NCBI GenBank assembly: GCA_963841735.1
Contig: CAWJDT010000001.1
Location: forward strand, 1,504,001 to 1,568,000
Length of the DNA stretch: 64,000 nt
Direction of reading: 5' to 3'
DNA from: an uncultured Actinomycetes bacterium
GTDB taxonomy: Bacteria; Actinomycetota; Thermoleophilia; RBG-16-64-13
The notes under the pieces are model-generated. The model was given only the letters and a program-made list of their open reading frames with translations, made no database searches and was not told the origin of the DNA. The translations under genes were made by a program, and so were the position numbers. Below, one piece after another: positions 1-9,641 of this stretch; position 1 is the stretch's first letter, and each line of letters begins with the position of its first letter.

Positions 1-503
1 TGGAGCTGGTGGTCATCGACTCGGGGATCCGGCATAGCAATGTGGGAGGCGGGTATGGGGAGCGGCGGGCGGAATGCCGCCGCGCCGCGGATCTCCTCGG
101 CGTGCCTCAACTCCGTGACGCCGACCCGGCCATGCTCGAGCGCGCCGGGTTGCCGGTCCCGTTGGACCGCCGGGCGCGCCACGTGGTTACCGAGAACCTG
201 CGCGTCATAGAGACGGTCGCCGCCCTGCGCGGCGGCGACCTCGAGACCGTCGCCGCCGCGTTCGCCGCCTCACACGCATCCATGCGCGACGACTTCGAGA
301 CCTCAGTGGCCGAGGTGGACCTGCTGGTCTCTCTGGCCGCAGCGGAGCCGCGGGTGCACGGGGCGCGACTGACGGGGGGCGGCTTTGGGGGTGCCATCGT
401 GGCCCTGGCCGAGCGGGGCACGGGCGCGGAGGTGGCGGCCAGGGTCGGCGCGGAGTATGAGGCGCGGACTCACCGGCGGGCGAGGGTGCTACTACCGGTT
501 TGA
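1..503 (+). CDS. galK: Galactokinase, 3' part (gene starts before the window)
   Basis: GHMP kinase C-terminal motifs YGERRAEC, RARHVVTEN, SHASMRDDFE, GARLTGGGFGG; frame is open to the window edge. Confidence 0.9.
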   Translation, partial: ELVVIDSGIRHSNVGGGYGERRAECRRAADLLGVPQLRDADPAMLERAGLPVPLDRRARHVVTENLRVIETVAALRGGDLETVAAAFAASHASMRDDFETSVAEVDLLVSLAAAEPRVHGARLTGGGFGGAIVALAERGTGAEVAARVGAEYEARTHRRARVLLPV

Positions 504-599
504 GCTGAGGGCGGCGCCGCTGTCGGGCCGCCGGCGCGTCCACCCGCCATCTGTGAGAGCATTGCTGGGCGCTGTCGTATCTCTAAAGCCGAGGTGTAG

Positions 600-1190
600 A
601 TGTACTCATTGTTCCGGGCGATATCCTGGGTGCTTCTTCGCGTCTTCTTCAGGATGAAGGTCGAGGGACGGGAGAACATCCCCGCTCAGGGCCCGCTTGT
701 AGTCGCGGCCAATCACGAGAGCTTTCTCGATGGCTTCGCGGTGGGCAGTGTCCTCATGAAGAGGCAGGCTACCTTTCTTGCAGCCCCCTGGCTGTACTCC
801 ACTCCTGTGGTGGGGGCGTTTGTGCGGGCCATCGGGGCCATACCCGCGTACGGTGAGGGAGCCGAGGTGGCCTCGCTGCGAGAGTCCATCCGTATCCTTC
901 AAAAGGGCGGGACGATGGCCATCTTTCCCCAGGGTGGTATCGCCCGTGACCAGATCTCCGGCGGGGCTGTCTTCATGGCCATCAAGGCGCCGGCGCCGAT
1001 CGTCCCCATGCGCATCAGGGGCGCGGGCAAGGCTCTTCCGCTGGGCCGCTGGTGGCCCTCTCTGTTCACCCGCATCACGGTGAGCGTAGGACCGCCGCTC
1101 GCGGCCTCGGAGCTGCGTCCACCGGGCGCGTCCACCAGCGTGGCCGTCGACCAGGGCCGGGAGCTGCTCATGCGGGCGCTGATGTCGTAG
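600..1190 (+). CDS. 1-acyl-sn-glycerol-3-phosphate acyltransferase (PlsC family)
   Basis: NHESFLD (NHxxxxD) catalytic motif and IFPQG (FPEG-like) motif. Confidence 0.85.
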   Translation: MYSLFRAISWVLLRVFFRMKVEGRENIPAQGPLVVAANHESFLDGFAVGSVLMKRQATFLAAPWLYSTPVVGAFVRAIGAIPAYGEGAEVASLRESIRILQKGGTMAIFPQGGIARDQISGGAVFMAIKAPAPIVPMRIRGAGKALPLGRWWPSLFTRITVSVGPPLAASELRPPGASTSVAVDQGRELLMRALMS

Positions 1191-1442
1191 CCGACGCGGG
1201 CCGCGACGCTGCTCCGGGCGACGGGCCACTGAGTCACCGCCGCCTGGTCGTCGCCGTTTCACAGGCCCGCGGCCGGCCGGGGCCGGACTTGAACCTGTTC
1301 TACTGGCCAGGTGAAAGCCTGTCCTGCAGCGCAGTCCATATTCCCGACTCTTGCCCGGTGTGCATTGGCGCCACCGGCCCTAACCTGATAGCAGGCGTGC
1401 GGCGCCGCGAGGTGGCGGGCCGCGAGGACGAAAGCGACGAGA

Positions 1443-3794
1443 ATGGGGTGTTTGATGAGGAAGTTCGGACTTGAATGGATCGCCCGGGTTTGCGCCCGTC
1501 ATCCCTGGAGGACAATGGCAGTCTGGGCCCTCGTCCTCCTCTGTGCCGGCGCGGTGACCGCTCTCTATCTGGGCGGAGCCCTGACCAACGAGGACGGCTT
1601 CACCAACGACCCGGAATCCTTCCAGGCCATGGCGCTCATAGATGAGGCCTTCCCCGACAACAACCAGTCGCCCGAGTTGGTCATCTTGAAGTCGGCCGAT
1701 CTGACCGTCGACGACCAGGAGTTCCGTGAGCAGGTGCAGGCCGTGAGCGCAGGTGTGTTGGCCCTTGGCCCGGAAGTCGTGCAATCGGGCATGGACTACA
1801 CCACCAGCCCCTCGCCGGCGCTCGTCTCCTCCGACCGGCACGGCGCCCTGCTGATCTTCAACCTGACCGATTCCTCCGGCGCTGCCGTCGACGACGCTGA
1901 GGCGCTGGCCGCCGCGGCCCGCGGCGCGGCGGCCTCCTCGGGCTTCGAGGTGCTGGTGACCGGGGCGGCGAGTATCAACGCCGACTTCGGAGCCACCGCA
2001 GAGAAGGACCTGCGCACCGGCGAGATCTTCGGCGTGGGGATCGCGCTGATCATCCTTGTGCTGGTGTTCGGAGCCGTGGTCACAGCCGTCGTGCCGCTGA
2101 TAATGGCGATCGCGTCCATCCTCTTGGCCATGGGCATCACCGCCGTCCTAGGGCGGTTCATGGATCTCTCCTTCTTCATCACCAACATGATCACCATGAT
2201 CGGACTGGCGATGGGCATCGACTACTCGCTGTTCGTGGTCTCCCGGTACAGGGAGGAGAGAACGGCCGGTCTGACCAAGATCGACGCTATCGCCCGTGCA
2301 GCTTCCACGGCCAGCCGCGCGGTGCTCTTCAGCGCTATCGCGGTCATTCTTGCCCTGGGCGGCCTGTATCTGGTGCCGTCCACCTTGTTCCACAGCATGG
2401 CCATGGGGGCGATCATCGCGGTCTTCACAGCCCTGCTGGCCGCGCTTACCCTGCTGCCTGCTCTACTGGGCGCTATGGGCGACAAGGTCAACGCGTTGCG
2501 GGTGCCCTTCATACACAAGTCCGCGGGCGGCGCCGGCCGTACCGGCGGCTTCTGGGATCGACTGAGCCACGGCGTCATGCGCCGCCCGGTCACCAGCCTG
2601 GTCATGGCAGTCGCGGTACTGGGGGCCGTCGCCGGGCTCTATTTCTCCATCGACCTGGGCTCGGCGGGCGTGGACACCTTGCCGGCCTCCATGGAGTCCC
2701 GCCAGGGCTTCGAAGTCCTGCAGAAGGAGTTTCCCGGCGCCTCCATCCAGCCGGTGGAGGTCACCATAGCTGGTGACCCCGCCTCCGCGGCCGTGGTCCA
2801 GGGCAGCGAAAACCTGCGCGCCGCACTGGACGGCGATCCGGCGCTTGTCTGGACCGGAGACACCCGCACGAGCCCCGACGGCGGGCTCACCGTGCTCTCC
2901 CTGGTCGTCCTGGGCGATCCGAACGGTGAGACGGCGCAAGCGGCGGTGAGGACCCTACGTTCCGACTACCTGCCCACAGCCTTCGCCGGGACCGGACTGG
3001 TGGCGGGCATCGACGTACTCACTACCGGCCAGAGCGCGCTCGTGGTGGATTACCTGGACACCATCAGCGGAGCCACCGCTTGGGTGTTCCTGTTTGTCCT
3101 GGGCCTGTCGTTCGTGCTGCTGACGGTGATCTTCCGCTCGCTGATCGTGCCGCTCAAGGCCATCGTCATGAACCTGCTCTCGGTGGGGGCCGCCTACGGT
3201 CTCATGGTGGCGGTGTTCCAAAAGGGATGGGGAGCGGACCTTCTTGGATTGCAGAAGGTGGACTTCATCGAAGCCTGGGTGCCCCTCTTCCTGTTCGCGA
3301 TCCTGTTCGGCACCTCCATGGACTACCACGTGTTCCTGCTCAGCCGCATCCGTGAGCGCTTCGATCAGACCGGCGACAACCGCGAGTCGGTGGCCTTCGG
3401 TCTGCGCCAGACCGGCGGGATCATCACCGGGGCGGCGTTGATCATGGTCGCCGTGTTCGGTGGCTTCGCGGCCGGCGACCTGGTGATGTTCCAGCAACTC
3501 GGCTTCGGGCTGGCGGTTGCGGTGTTCCTCGATGCCACCATCGTGAGGTCGGTCCTGGTGCCCGCGGCCATGCGCCTGCTGGGAACGGCCAACTGGTGGT
3601 TCCCTCGGTGGCTGAGCTGGCTGCCGGACGTGCGGGTGGAGGCGGGTAGATCGGTCGGCGCCGGCACGGCGACCGGTGAGGGCGGGGCTCCGGGCACGGA
3701 GTCTATGCCGCAACCGGTCGGCGGCGCGGGGTGGTCGGTGCCGGCGCCGGCTGAGGCTAGGGCTAGGGTCGTCAACCGCCGCCCCGGCGAGTGA
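1443..3794 (+). CDS. MMPL family (RND superfamily) transporter
   Basis: Two membrane repeats with GIDYSLF and GTSMDYHVFLLSRIRE motifs; start may be 1455. Confidence 0.92.
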   Translation: MGCLMRKFGLEWIARVCARHPWRTMAVWALVLLCAGAVTALYLGGALTNEDGFTNDPESFQAMALIDEAFPDNNQSPELVILKSADLTVDDQEFREQVQAVSAGVLALGPEVVQSGMDYTTSPSPALVSSDRHGALLIFNLTDSSGAAVDDAEALAAAARGAAASSGFEVLVTGAASINADFGATAEKDLRTGEIFGVGIALIILVLVFGAVVTAVVPLIMAIASILLAMGITAVLGRFMDLSFFITNMITMIGLAMGIDYSLFVVSRYREERTAGLTKIDAIARAASTASRAVLFSAIAVILALGGLYLVPSTLFHSMAMGAIIAVFTALLAALTLLPALLGAMGDKVNALRVPFIHKSAGGAGRTGGFWDRLSHGVMRRPVTSLVMAVAVLGAVAGLYFSIDLGSAGVDTLPASMESRQGFEVLQKEFPGASIQPVEVTIAGDPASAAVVQGSENLRAALDGDPALVWTGDTRTSPDGGLTVLSLVVLGDPNGETAQAAVRTLRSDYLPTAFAGTGLVAGIDVLTTGQSALVVDYLDTISGATAWVFLFVLGLSFVLLTVIFRSLIVPLKAIVMNLLSVGAAYGLMVAVFQKGWGADLLGLQKVDFIEAWVPLFLFAILFGTSMDYHVFLLSRIRERFDQTGDNRESVAFGLRQTGGIITGAALIMVAVFGGFAAGDLVMFQQLGFGLAVAVFLDATIVRSVLVPAAMRLLGTANWWFPRWLSWLPDVRVEAGRSVGAGTATGEGGAPGTESMPQPVGGAGWSVPAPAEARARVVNRRPGE

Positions 3795-3836
3795 CCGGGA
3801 CCCGCGGCGGCCGATGGGGTTAGATCCTAGCTCTGT

Positions 3837-6572
3837 TCAAGGAGTGCGACTGCTGTCCAGCGACTTCCTGATCGCGTGAACCAATTCCACGGGCGTGAAT
3901 GGTTTCTCGATGAGACAGAGGCCTTCGTCCAGTCGGCCGTCATGGACTATGGAGTCATACGAGTAGCCCGACATGTAGAGTACGGGTAAGCCGGGGACGA
4001 GGGTCTTCACAGCCTGGGCGAGCTCGGCGCCCTGCACGGTTCCGGGGAGAACCACATCGGTGAGCAGGAGCTGCGGAGGCCGGTTGAGAGTTTTCACCAG
4101 TTCGAGGGCCTCGTCCGCCGCACCGGCGGAATGTACCTGGTAGCCGGCATGCGCGAGTACTCTTGTCACCAGCGCACGGAGCTCGACTTCGTCCTCCACC
4201 ACAAGCACCGTTTCCGAACCGGTATGAGCGGATAATTCGCTTGGAGGTGCGTTTCGGTCGTCGGCGATCAGCGCCGACCGTGGGAAATAGATTGAGACGG
4301 TCGTGCCACTGCCAAGCTCGCTCGCCACAGAGATGTGTCCCTGGCTCTGTCTGACCACGCCGTAGACCACCGACAGACCAAGCCCCGTTCCTTTTCCTAT
4401 CGCCTTGGTGGTGAAAAAGGGCTCGAAGATATGCTCCCGAGTGTCTGAGTCCATCCCCAGGCCGCTGTCGGAGACGGTCAGCAGAACGTACTCTCCGGGG
4501 CCCATGGGGGGCTGGGCGGTCGAATCAGAGCGGCCCCCCTCCTCTATGCGGACGTTGGCGGTGCGGATGTGGAGGCGGCCGCCCGCGGTCATTGCGTCCC
4601 GAGAGTTGAGAGCAAGGTTTATGATCACTTGCTGGAGCTGGTTCGGGTCGGTCTCAACCGGCGCGAGGTCGGGATCGAACTCCATTTGAAGCTCGATGTC
4701 CTCGCCGAGTGTTCGCTTGAGCAGGGGCTCGATTCCGGCGATCGCCTTGTTCAGTGACACCACCGTCGGACGTAGTGCCTGGCGCCTGGAAAAGGCGAGT
4801 ATCTGCCCGGTGAGGGCGCCGGCTCGTTCGGCCGCCTGCTTGACCTGCACCAGATCCTCCCGAGCTGAGGACTCAGCAAAGGTGGGGTTGGCAAGCAGAA
4901 GCTCCGTGTAGCCCAGGATGATGCCCAGGATATTGTTGAAGTCGTGCGCGATGCCTCCGGCCAACTGGCCTATGGCTTCCATCTTCTGGCTCTGGCGGAG
5001 TTGCTCCTCGCTTTGTCGCAGCGCTTCCTCAGTCTCTCGCTGCGAAGTGATGTTGCGGAAGTAGCCGATGACACCGCTCGGTACTCCTTGCTTGTCCAAC
5101 CGGGGCATAAGGACGCCCTGGAAACATTCAGTGTCGCCTTCTCGGTTGAATAGCGACGTCTCAAGCTCATAGTGCTCTCCGGTATCGATGACCTGGCGCT
5201 TTATTGCGGAAAGCCTCTCGGCGTCTTGTGGTTGGAGAAAGTCCAGGTCGGTCTTGCCGATCATGTCGGCCTCTGTGAGACCAAGCTGAGGGTTGACCAC
5301 CAACTCGTACCGCAGATCCCGATCCTGCACGATGATGTGGTCGGGGGTGTGCAACGTGACGGCGCGGAATCTCTCCTCGCTCTCTCGAAGTGCGGCCTCC
5401 ACTCGTTTCTGCTCGGTGATATCGACGAACATGCAGGCGAACTGCTTCGGAGTCGGCTGGAAGGCCGTCACGTGGAAATGTTTGTCGAGATCGGCCGAGT
5501 AGCTCTCGAAGGTCGCCGGTTCCCCGGTGAGGGCCACTGTCCCGTAGGTGTCGATCCAATACCGCTCGGTATTGGGCAGCACCTCAAGCACCGTGCGGCC
5601 TACGATATCCTCCGACTTGAGTCCGGTCATAGCTTCGAAGGCCGGGTTGGCGACGAGAAAGCGGTAGTCGACGGGGTTGCCGCCTTCGTCGCAGATGATC
5701 TCGTGCACCGCGAAGCCGTCTCGCATCTTCTCAAAGAGAGTGGCGTACTCCCTCTCGGTCCTCCGGAGTGCGGTGATGTCTTGCACGGTTCCCTGAAGGC
5801 CGATGATCGTGCCGTCAGGAGCCCGTCTGGCGGCTCCCCTAGCCACGGTTCGACGGATCTCACCGTCGGTGCGGATCTGATCAAGTTCGAGTTCGTAGGG
5901 CTCTCCCTGTGTGAGGGCCCCGGAGGAAGCTACGTTAAGGCGCTCCCAGCTATCGGGGGTATAGAAGCACGCCATTTCGGCGAAGTGGGGAGCGGGTAGC
6001 TGGAGGTCGTACCCGATGATGAGGCGAAATCCCTCCGACCACTCGACGGTGTCTGTGGCCCAATCCCACGTCCAAAGGCCCATCTCTGCTAGGCGCTCCG
6101 CCTCCTGTAGGCGCGCTTCCTTCTCGCGTAGTGCCGTCTCCGCCCGCATGAGTTCGGAGATGGCCTCCGCCTGACGATCTTCGCCCGTCAGCTCGGAGAT
6201 CTCCTGGACGACGGCAAGAACAGAGGGCTCTTCGCTGCCCTCCGCCGCGAGGCGTACGACGAACCCCTCAAAAGTGGGGTTGGGTCTGTTGCCGGTGGGA
6301 GCGAGATATCGCTCGAGCACCCAGGGCTCGCCGGTGTTTAGAACGCTAAGAAGGGCCTCTTCCGCCCCATTCGCCGCTGCCTCAGGAAAGACTTCGCGGT
6401 AGGGCCGGCCGATCATGGGGACATCGGGGGCGATCGCCTGGTAGGCCGGGTTGACGTACGCGTAGACGAGTTCTTGCCCCTTGAGCACCGCGATGCACGC
6501 CAAGGCTCTCTCCATGCCCTCGAAGAGGTCGGCCCCGCGACCCTTGTCGTACTTGGTGCGGCCCATGCTCAT
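3837..6572 (-). CDS. Multi-PAS hybrid sensor histidine kinase / receiver protein
   Basis: Several PAS domains, H-box [25 protein letters not shown]-terminal receiver (VVEDE, LTDVVLP, KPF); ATG at 6572 has a GGAG RBS, so the 7700 start in the ORF track is rejected. Confidence 0.92.
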   Translation of the reverse strand: MSMGRTKYDKGRGADLFEGMERALACIAVLKGQELVYAYVNPAYQAIAPDVPMIGRPYREVFPEAAANGAEEALLSVLNTGEPWVLERYLAPTGNRPNPTFEGFVVRLAAEGSEEPSVLAVVQEISELTGEDRQAEAISELMRAETALREKEARLQEAERLAEMGLWTWDWATDTVEWSEGFRLIIGYDLQLPAPHFAEMACFYTPDSWERLNVASSGALTQGEPYELELDQIRTDGEIRRTVARGAARRAPDGTIIGLQGTVQDITALRRTEREYATLFEKMRDGFAVHEIICDEGGNPVDYRFLVANPAFEAMTGLKSEDIVGRTVLEVLPNTERYWIDTYGTVALTGEPATFESYSADLDKHFHVTAFQPTPKQFACMFVDITEQKRVEAALRESEERFRAVTLHTPDHIIVQDRDLRYELVVNPQLGLTEADMIGKTDLDFLQPQDAERLSAIKRQVIDTGEHYELETSLFNREGDTECFQGVLMPRLDKQGVPSGVIGYFRNITSQRETEEALRQSEEQLRQSQKMEAIGQLAGGIAHDFNNILGIILGYTELLLANPTFAESSAREDLVQVKQAAERAGALTGQILAFSRRQALRPTVVSLNKAIAGIEPLLKRTLGEDIELQMEFDPDLAPVETDPNQLQQVIINLALNSRDAMTAGGRLHIRTANVRIEEGGRSDSTAQPPMGPGEYVLLTVSDSGLGMDSDTREHIFEPFFTTKAIGKGTGLGLSVVYGVVRQSQGHISVASELGSGTTVSIYFPRSALIADDRNAPPSELSAHTGSETVLVVEDEVELRALVTRVLAHAGYQVHSAGAADEALELVKTLNRPPQLLLTDVVLPGTVQGAELAQAVKTLVPGLPVLYMSGYSYDSIVHDGRLDEGLCLIEKPFTPVELVHAIRKSLDSSRTP

Positions 6573-6776
6573 GAGGCTCCGTGTTGGCGCTTGTGAGCAA
6601 GTCAGAAGGTCAACATAGCACCGGCTCAGATGACTGACAACGATTTCTCCTAGCGCCTCAGGCACGAAAGAGCGGTTGCCGGACATACAGGAATAAGGCC
6701 AGGCATCGTTCGTCTTCGCATTCGCAAAGGGGCAGGTGCGGGGCCGGAGTGTCTCGCTGATGTCTAGGAGGATGAG

Positions 6777-7238
6777 TTGGGGATCGAAGAGCTGCAGGTC
6801 GTGGCTGAGCCGGCGTTTTATCGTCTTCTGGGGATGGAGCCCCGCGAACTCTACGAGGAGCTTGGGGCTCGGGCCGCGGCGGTGCGCGCCGTTCCCGAAA
6901 CTGGCGATGAGTTCGACCTCATGATCAATCGCATGGCTCTGAGGGAGCGTCCGGAGACCCTTCGAAAGTCTGGAGAGCGCCTGTTCAATCGTCTTTCGCA
7001 CGTGGCCTACCAGATGCTGTGTGGCGAGAGCGCCGACAACAATGACGCGCGCAAGACGGTATTCGACGTTCTGGGACTGGGCGAGATGGCAACCGTAACG
7101 GTTGTCGCCAGTGTCCTGGTTCAAGATCTTGAGATGGTCCCTGCCTTTGCCGCAGTGGTGGCGGTGCTGCTGTTCAGGCTCGTCTTCGAGGTTTTCGGAG
7201 CCGCGGTCTGCTCTGTTTGGAGGGAGCAGCTGGTGTAG
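6777..7238 (+). CDS. Hypothetical protein with C-terminal hydrophobic hairpin
   Basis: AGGAGG RBS 5 nt before TTG; plausible helical protein; fills the gap between divergent genes. Confidence 0.7.
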   Translation: MGIEELQVVAEPAFYRLLGMEPRELYEELGARAAAVRAVPETGDEFDLMINRMALRERPETLRKSGERLFNRLSHVAYQMLCGESADNNDARKTVFDVLGLGEMATVTVVASVLVQDLEMVPAFAAVVAVLLFRLVFEVFGAAVCSVWREQLV

Positions 7239-7310
7239 TAGCCGCCCGCCATGCTCGTCCCAGAGACCCCGAAGGACGCCGGTTGTGGACTTCCCGTATA
7301 ATCGCGACCG

Positions 7311-9254
7311 ATGGTTATCTGGCAGCAATCGGATGCGCGTATGGTCGCGCGCTTCTCCGACAGGCGGCGGTTCCTCTTCCGCCATGTCATTGCACTCCTC
7401 TGTGTGGCGCTTGTTGCTGCGCTCGTTGCCGTTTTCGCACTCGCGATGTTGCCGGCCGGCCCGGAGGTGGCGGCGGCTGCCGAAGGCGGCGCAGGTGCTC
7501 CTCAGGGCGGCGGTTATGCGGAGCCACAGGTTTCGATCTCCGGCCAATTCCGCGACTTCACCACGGGCCGACCCATCGGCGGCGCTCGCATCACGATTCG
7601 TAGTCAGGACGGCATCAGCGCGGGTAGGGTGCTGGCCACGGCCGTCGCCGACGCGGCCGGTGAGTTCGCCCTGACTGCCGGCGTCGCGACAGGGGTCCAA
7701 CTGACGGCTGTGTACGAAGCCGCCGGTTACCTGCGGGAGGAGTCGGTCATGAGAGCGACGGAGCCTCTGCTGAAACTCAGTCCGCTGCTCACGCCTCGGG
7801 GAGTCAAGGAGGCCGTTCTCTATTCGCTGCCTAAGTCAGGCCTGGTGCGGCAGCCGATCGCCACCGTTTCCACCGCCTTGGCTGCCAACTACAGCCTAGT
7901 CGCGTCGACGCTGTCGCCGCCGGCGACAATCCGGGTCTATCGCAACTCGCTCGGTATCGTCCAGGTGGTCGACTTCAAGTTCTACGTCAAGCACGTGCTG
8001 GTCTGCGAATGGCTGCCTCAGTGGCCGGCCGAGTCGCTCCGAGCCGGGGCGATAGCGGTCAAGGAATACGCTTGGTACTACATAGGCAGAGGGGGCAAAT
8101 ACCCCTCTCTGGGCGCCGATGTCACCGACGGTAGCGCCGATCAGTGGTACGACCCCAACCGCTCCGATGCACGCACCGACAAAGCGGTGGATGACACCTG
8201 GAGCAGCTATTTGCTCAAGAATGGCGCTCTCTTCTTTCTTGAGTACTGTGGGCATTCCGCCCTAAATGCCGCCTACCGCTGTCCGAGCCAGCCCACCCGC
8301 ATGCCGCAATGGGGCACCTACTACCTGGCCCGCGACAAGGGTTGGACCTGGCAGCAGATCATCCACTACTACTGGGATCCTGTCACCATCGTCGGCGAAT
8401 CGGCGAGCGGATCGACCCGTATCCAACAAAACGACACTCGGCTTGCCTACTACCGCACTTGGTTGGGCAACGCCAATGCGCCGCTTGCCTCCGGTGGCAG
8501 CTTCCGCTATGTGAACACTTCGGGGGCTTCGGTCACTGTCAAGTTCACCGGCACTTATGTGGCTTGGATAACTAAAAAGAGCTCCGTGTACGGCAAGGCC
8601 AGAGTCACACTCGATGGGGTGGACAAGGGCACGGTGGATCTCTACAGCGCCAAGGAGATATGGCAGCAGAGGGTCTGGGAGACCAGCTTCGCCACGTCCG
8701 GTACTCATACGCTCACCATCACCTGGACCGGCACCAAGAACCCGGCCGCCGCCGCCACCAACATCGGTGTGGACGCCTTCGTGGTCACCGGCACAGTACT
8801 CCAGGCCACCGCGGTCGCACCGGCGCCGGCACCGGCACCCGCACCGGCCGGCCGTATCGATCGCTATCAGCAGAATTTCTGGCGGGTCGCCTATCGCGGC
8901 ACCTGGTACGGTAACGCCAACGCCCCACTGGCCTCCGGGGGTAGCTTCCGCTACGTCAACACCTCCGGGGCTTCTGTCACGGTCAAGTTCACCGGCACCT
9001 ACATTGCCTGGATCACCAAGAAGAGCCCCTACTACGGCAGGGCCAAGGTGATCCTGGACGGGGTGAACCTCGGCACAGTGGACCTCTACAGTGCCAAGGA
9101 GGTGTGGCAGCAGAAGGTCTGGTCGAAGACCTTCGCCACGTCGGGCGCCCACACGCTTGTCATAAGCTGGACCGGCCAGAAGAACCCCTTGGCCAAGGCC
9201 ACCAACATCGGGGCCGACGCCTTCGACGTCATCGGTAGGCTGACAGGTCCCTGA
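7311..9254 (+). CDS. Secreted SpoIID/LytB-domain protein with N-terminal prealbumin-like domain and two tandem C-terminal beta-rich modules
   Basis: N-terminal TM/signal; YVKHVLVCEW..WPAESLRAGAIAVKEYA..D.SADQWY (SpoIID-like); (AP)n linker; TATAAT at 7297-7302. Confidence 0.8.
   Translation: MVIWQQSDARMVARFSDRRRFLFRHVIALLCVALVAALVAVFALAMLPAGPEVAAAAEGGAGAPQGGGYAEPQVSISGQFRDFTTGRPIGGARITIRSQDGISAGRVLATAVADAAGEFALTAGVATGVQLTAVYEAAGYLREESVMRATEPLLKLSPLLTPRGVKEAVLYSLPKSGLVRQPIATVSTALAANYSLVASTLSPPATIRVYRNSLGIVQVVDFKFYVKHVLVCEWLPQWPAESLRAGAIAVKEYAWYYIGRGGKYPSLGADVTDGSADQWYDPNRSDARTDKAVDDTWSSYLLKNGALFFLEYCGHSALNAAYRCPSQPTRMPQWGTYYLARDKGWTWQQIIHYYWDPVTIVGESASGSTRIQQNDTRLAYYRTWLGNANAPLASGGSFRYVNTSGASVTVKFTGTYVAWITKKSSVYGKARVTLDGVDKGTVDLYSAKEIWQQRVWETSFATSGTHTLTITWTGTKNPAAAATNIGVDAFVVTGTVLQATAVAPAPAPAPAPAGRIDRYQQNFWRVAYRGTWYGNANAPLASGGSFRYVNTSGASVTVKFTGTYIAWITKKSPYYGRAKVILDGVNLGTVDLYSAKEVWQQKVWSKTFATSGAHTLVISWTGQKNPLAKATNIGADAFDVIGRLTGP
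8415..9245 (+). repeat. Intragenic tandem duplication of a ~125-aa module (~8415-8792 and ~8860-9245)
   Basis: NANAPLASGGSFRYVNTSGASVTVKFTGTY and GTVDLYSAKE.WQQ.VW occur twice, separated by APAPAPAPAPA. Confidence 0.9.
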
Positions 9255-9327
9255 TAGGGCTCCGATTGTCGAGATCGGTCCTGTGAGCGGTGGTCCTTCC
9301 GAGCGAGTGTGCGGTAAGGTAGACGGC

Positions 9328-9621
9328 ATGGCCGATGATGAAACAGAATTCGTGCAGCTCGCGCTGGATGCCACCGTCACCGGGCCGGGAATGCGGACCG
9401 AGGACCCCTACGAGCCGGGGACCCAACTCAAGATCAAGGGTGAGCGGGGAATCTACAAGTACAAGTACGCCAGCCTTAGTCGGGCCGGACAGGTGAGCCT
9501 ACATCTGTTGGGCGATTATGTGTCGCGAGCCGTGCGGCCCGACCAGGTGACTCTGGTGAAGAGCAACCGGAGGCCGAAGTGGGCAAGGGCTGAGAGTCTC
9601 TTCGACTCAGACACCGACTAA
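9328..9621 (+). CDS. Small hypothetical protein, possibly SH3-like barrel
   Basis: ATG 9328; PGTQLKIKGERGIYKY...RAVRPDQV pattern; converges on the uup stop. Confidence 0.6.
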   Translation: MADDETEFVQLALDATVTGPGMRTEDPYEPGTQLKIKGERGIYKYKYASLSRAGQVSLHLLGDYVSRAVRPDQVTLVKSNRRPKWARAESLFDSDTD

Positions 9622-9641
9622 GTAGCCGGCCGGCGAGCTCT

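Noticed and set aside
6573-7700. N-terminal ~375 aa of the 1287-aa kinase ORF
   Set aside because: No domain character; overlaps two better plus-strand genes; a good RBS and ATG exist at 6572.
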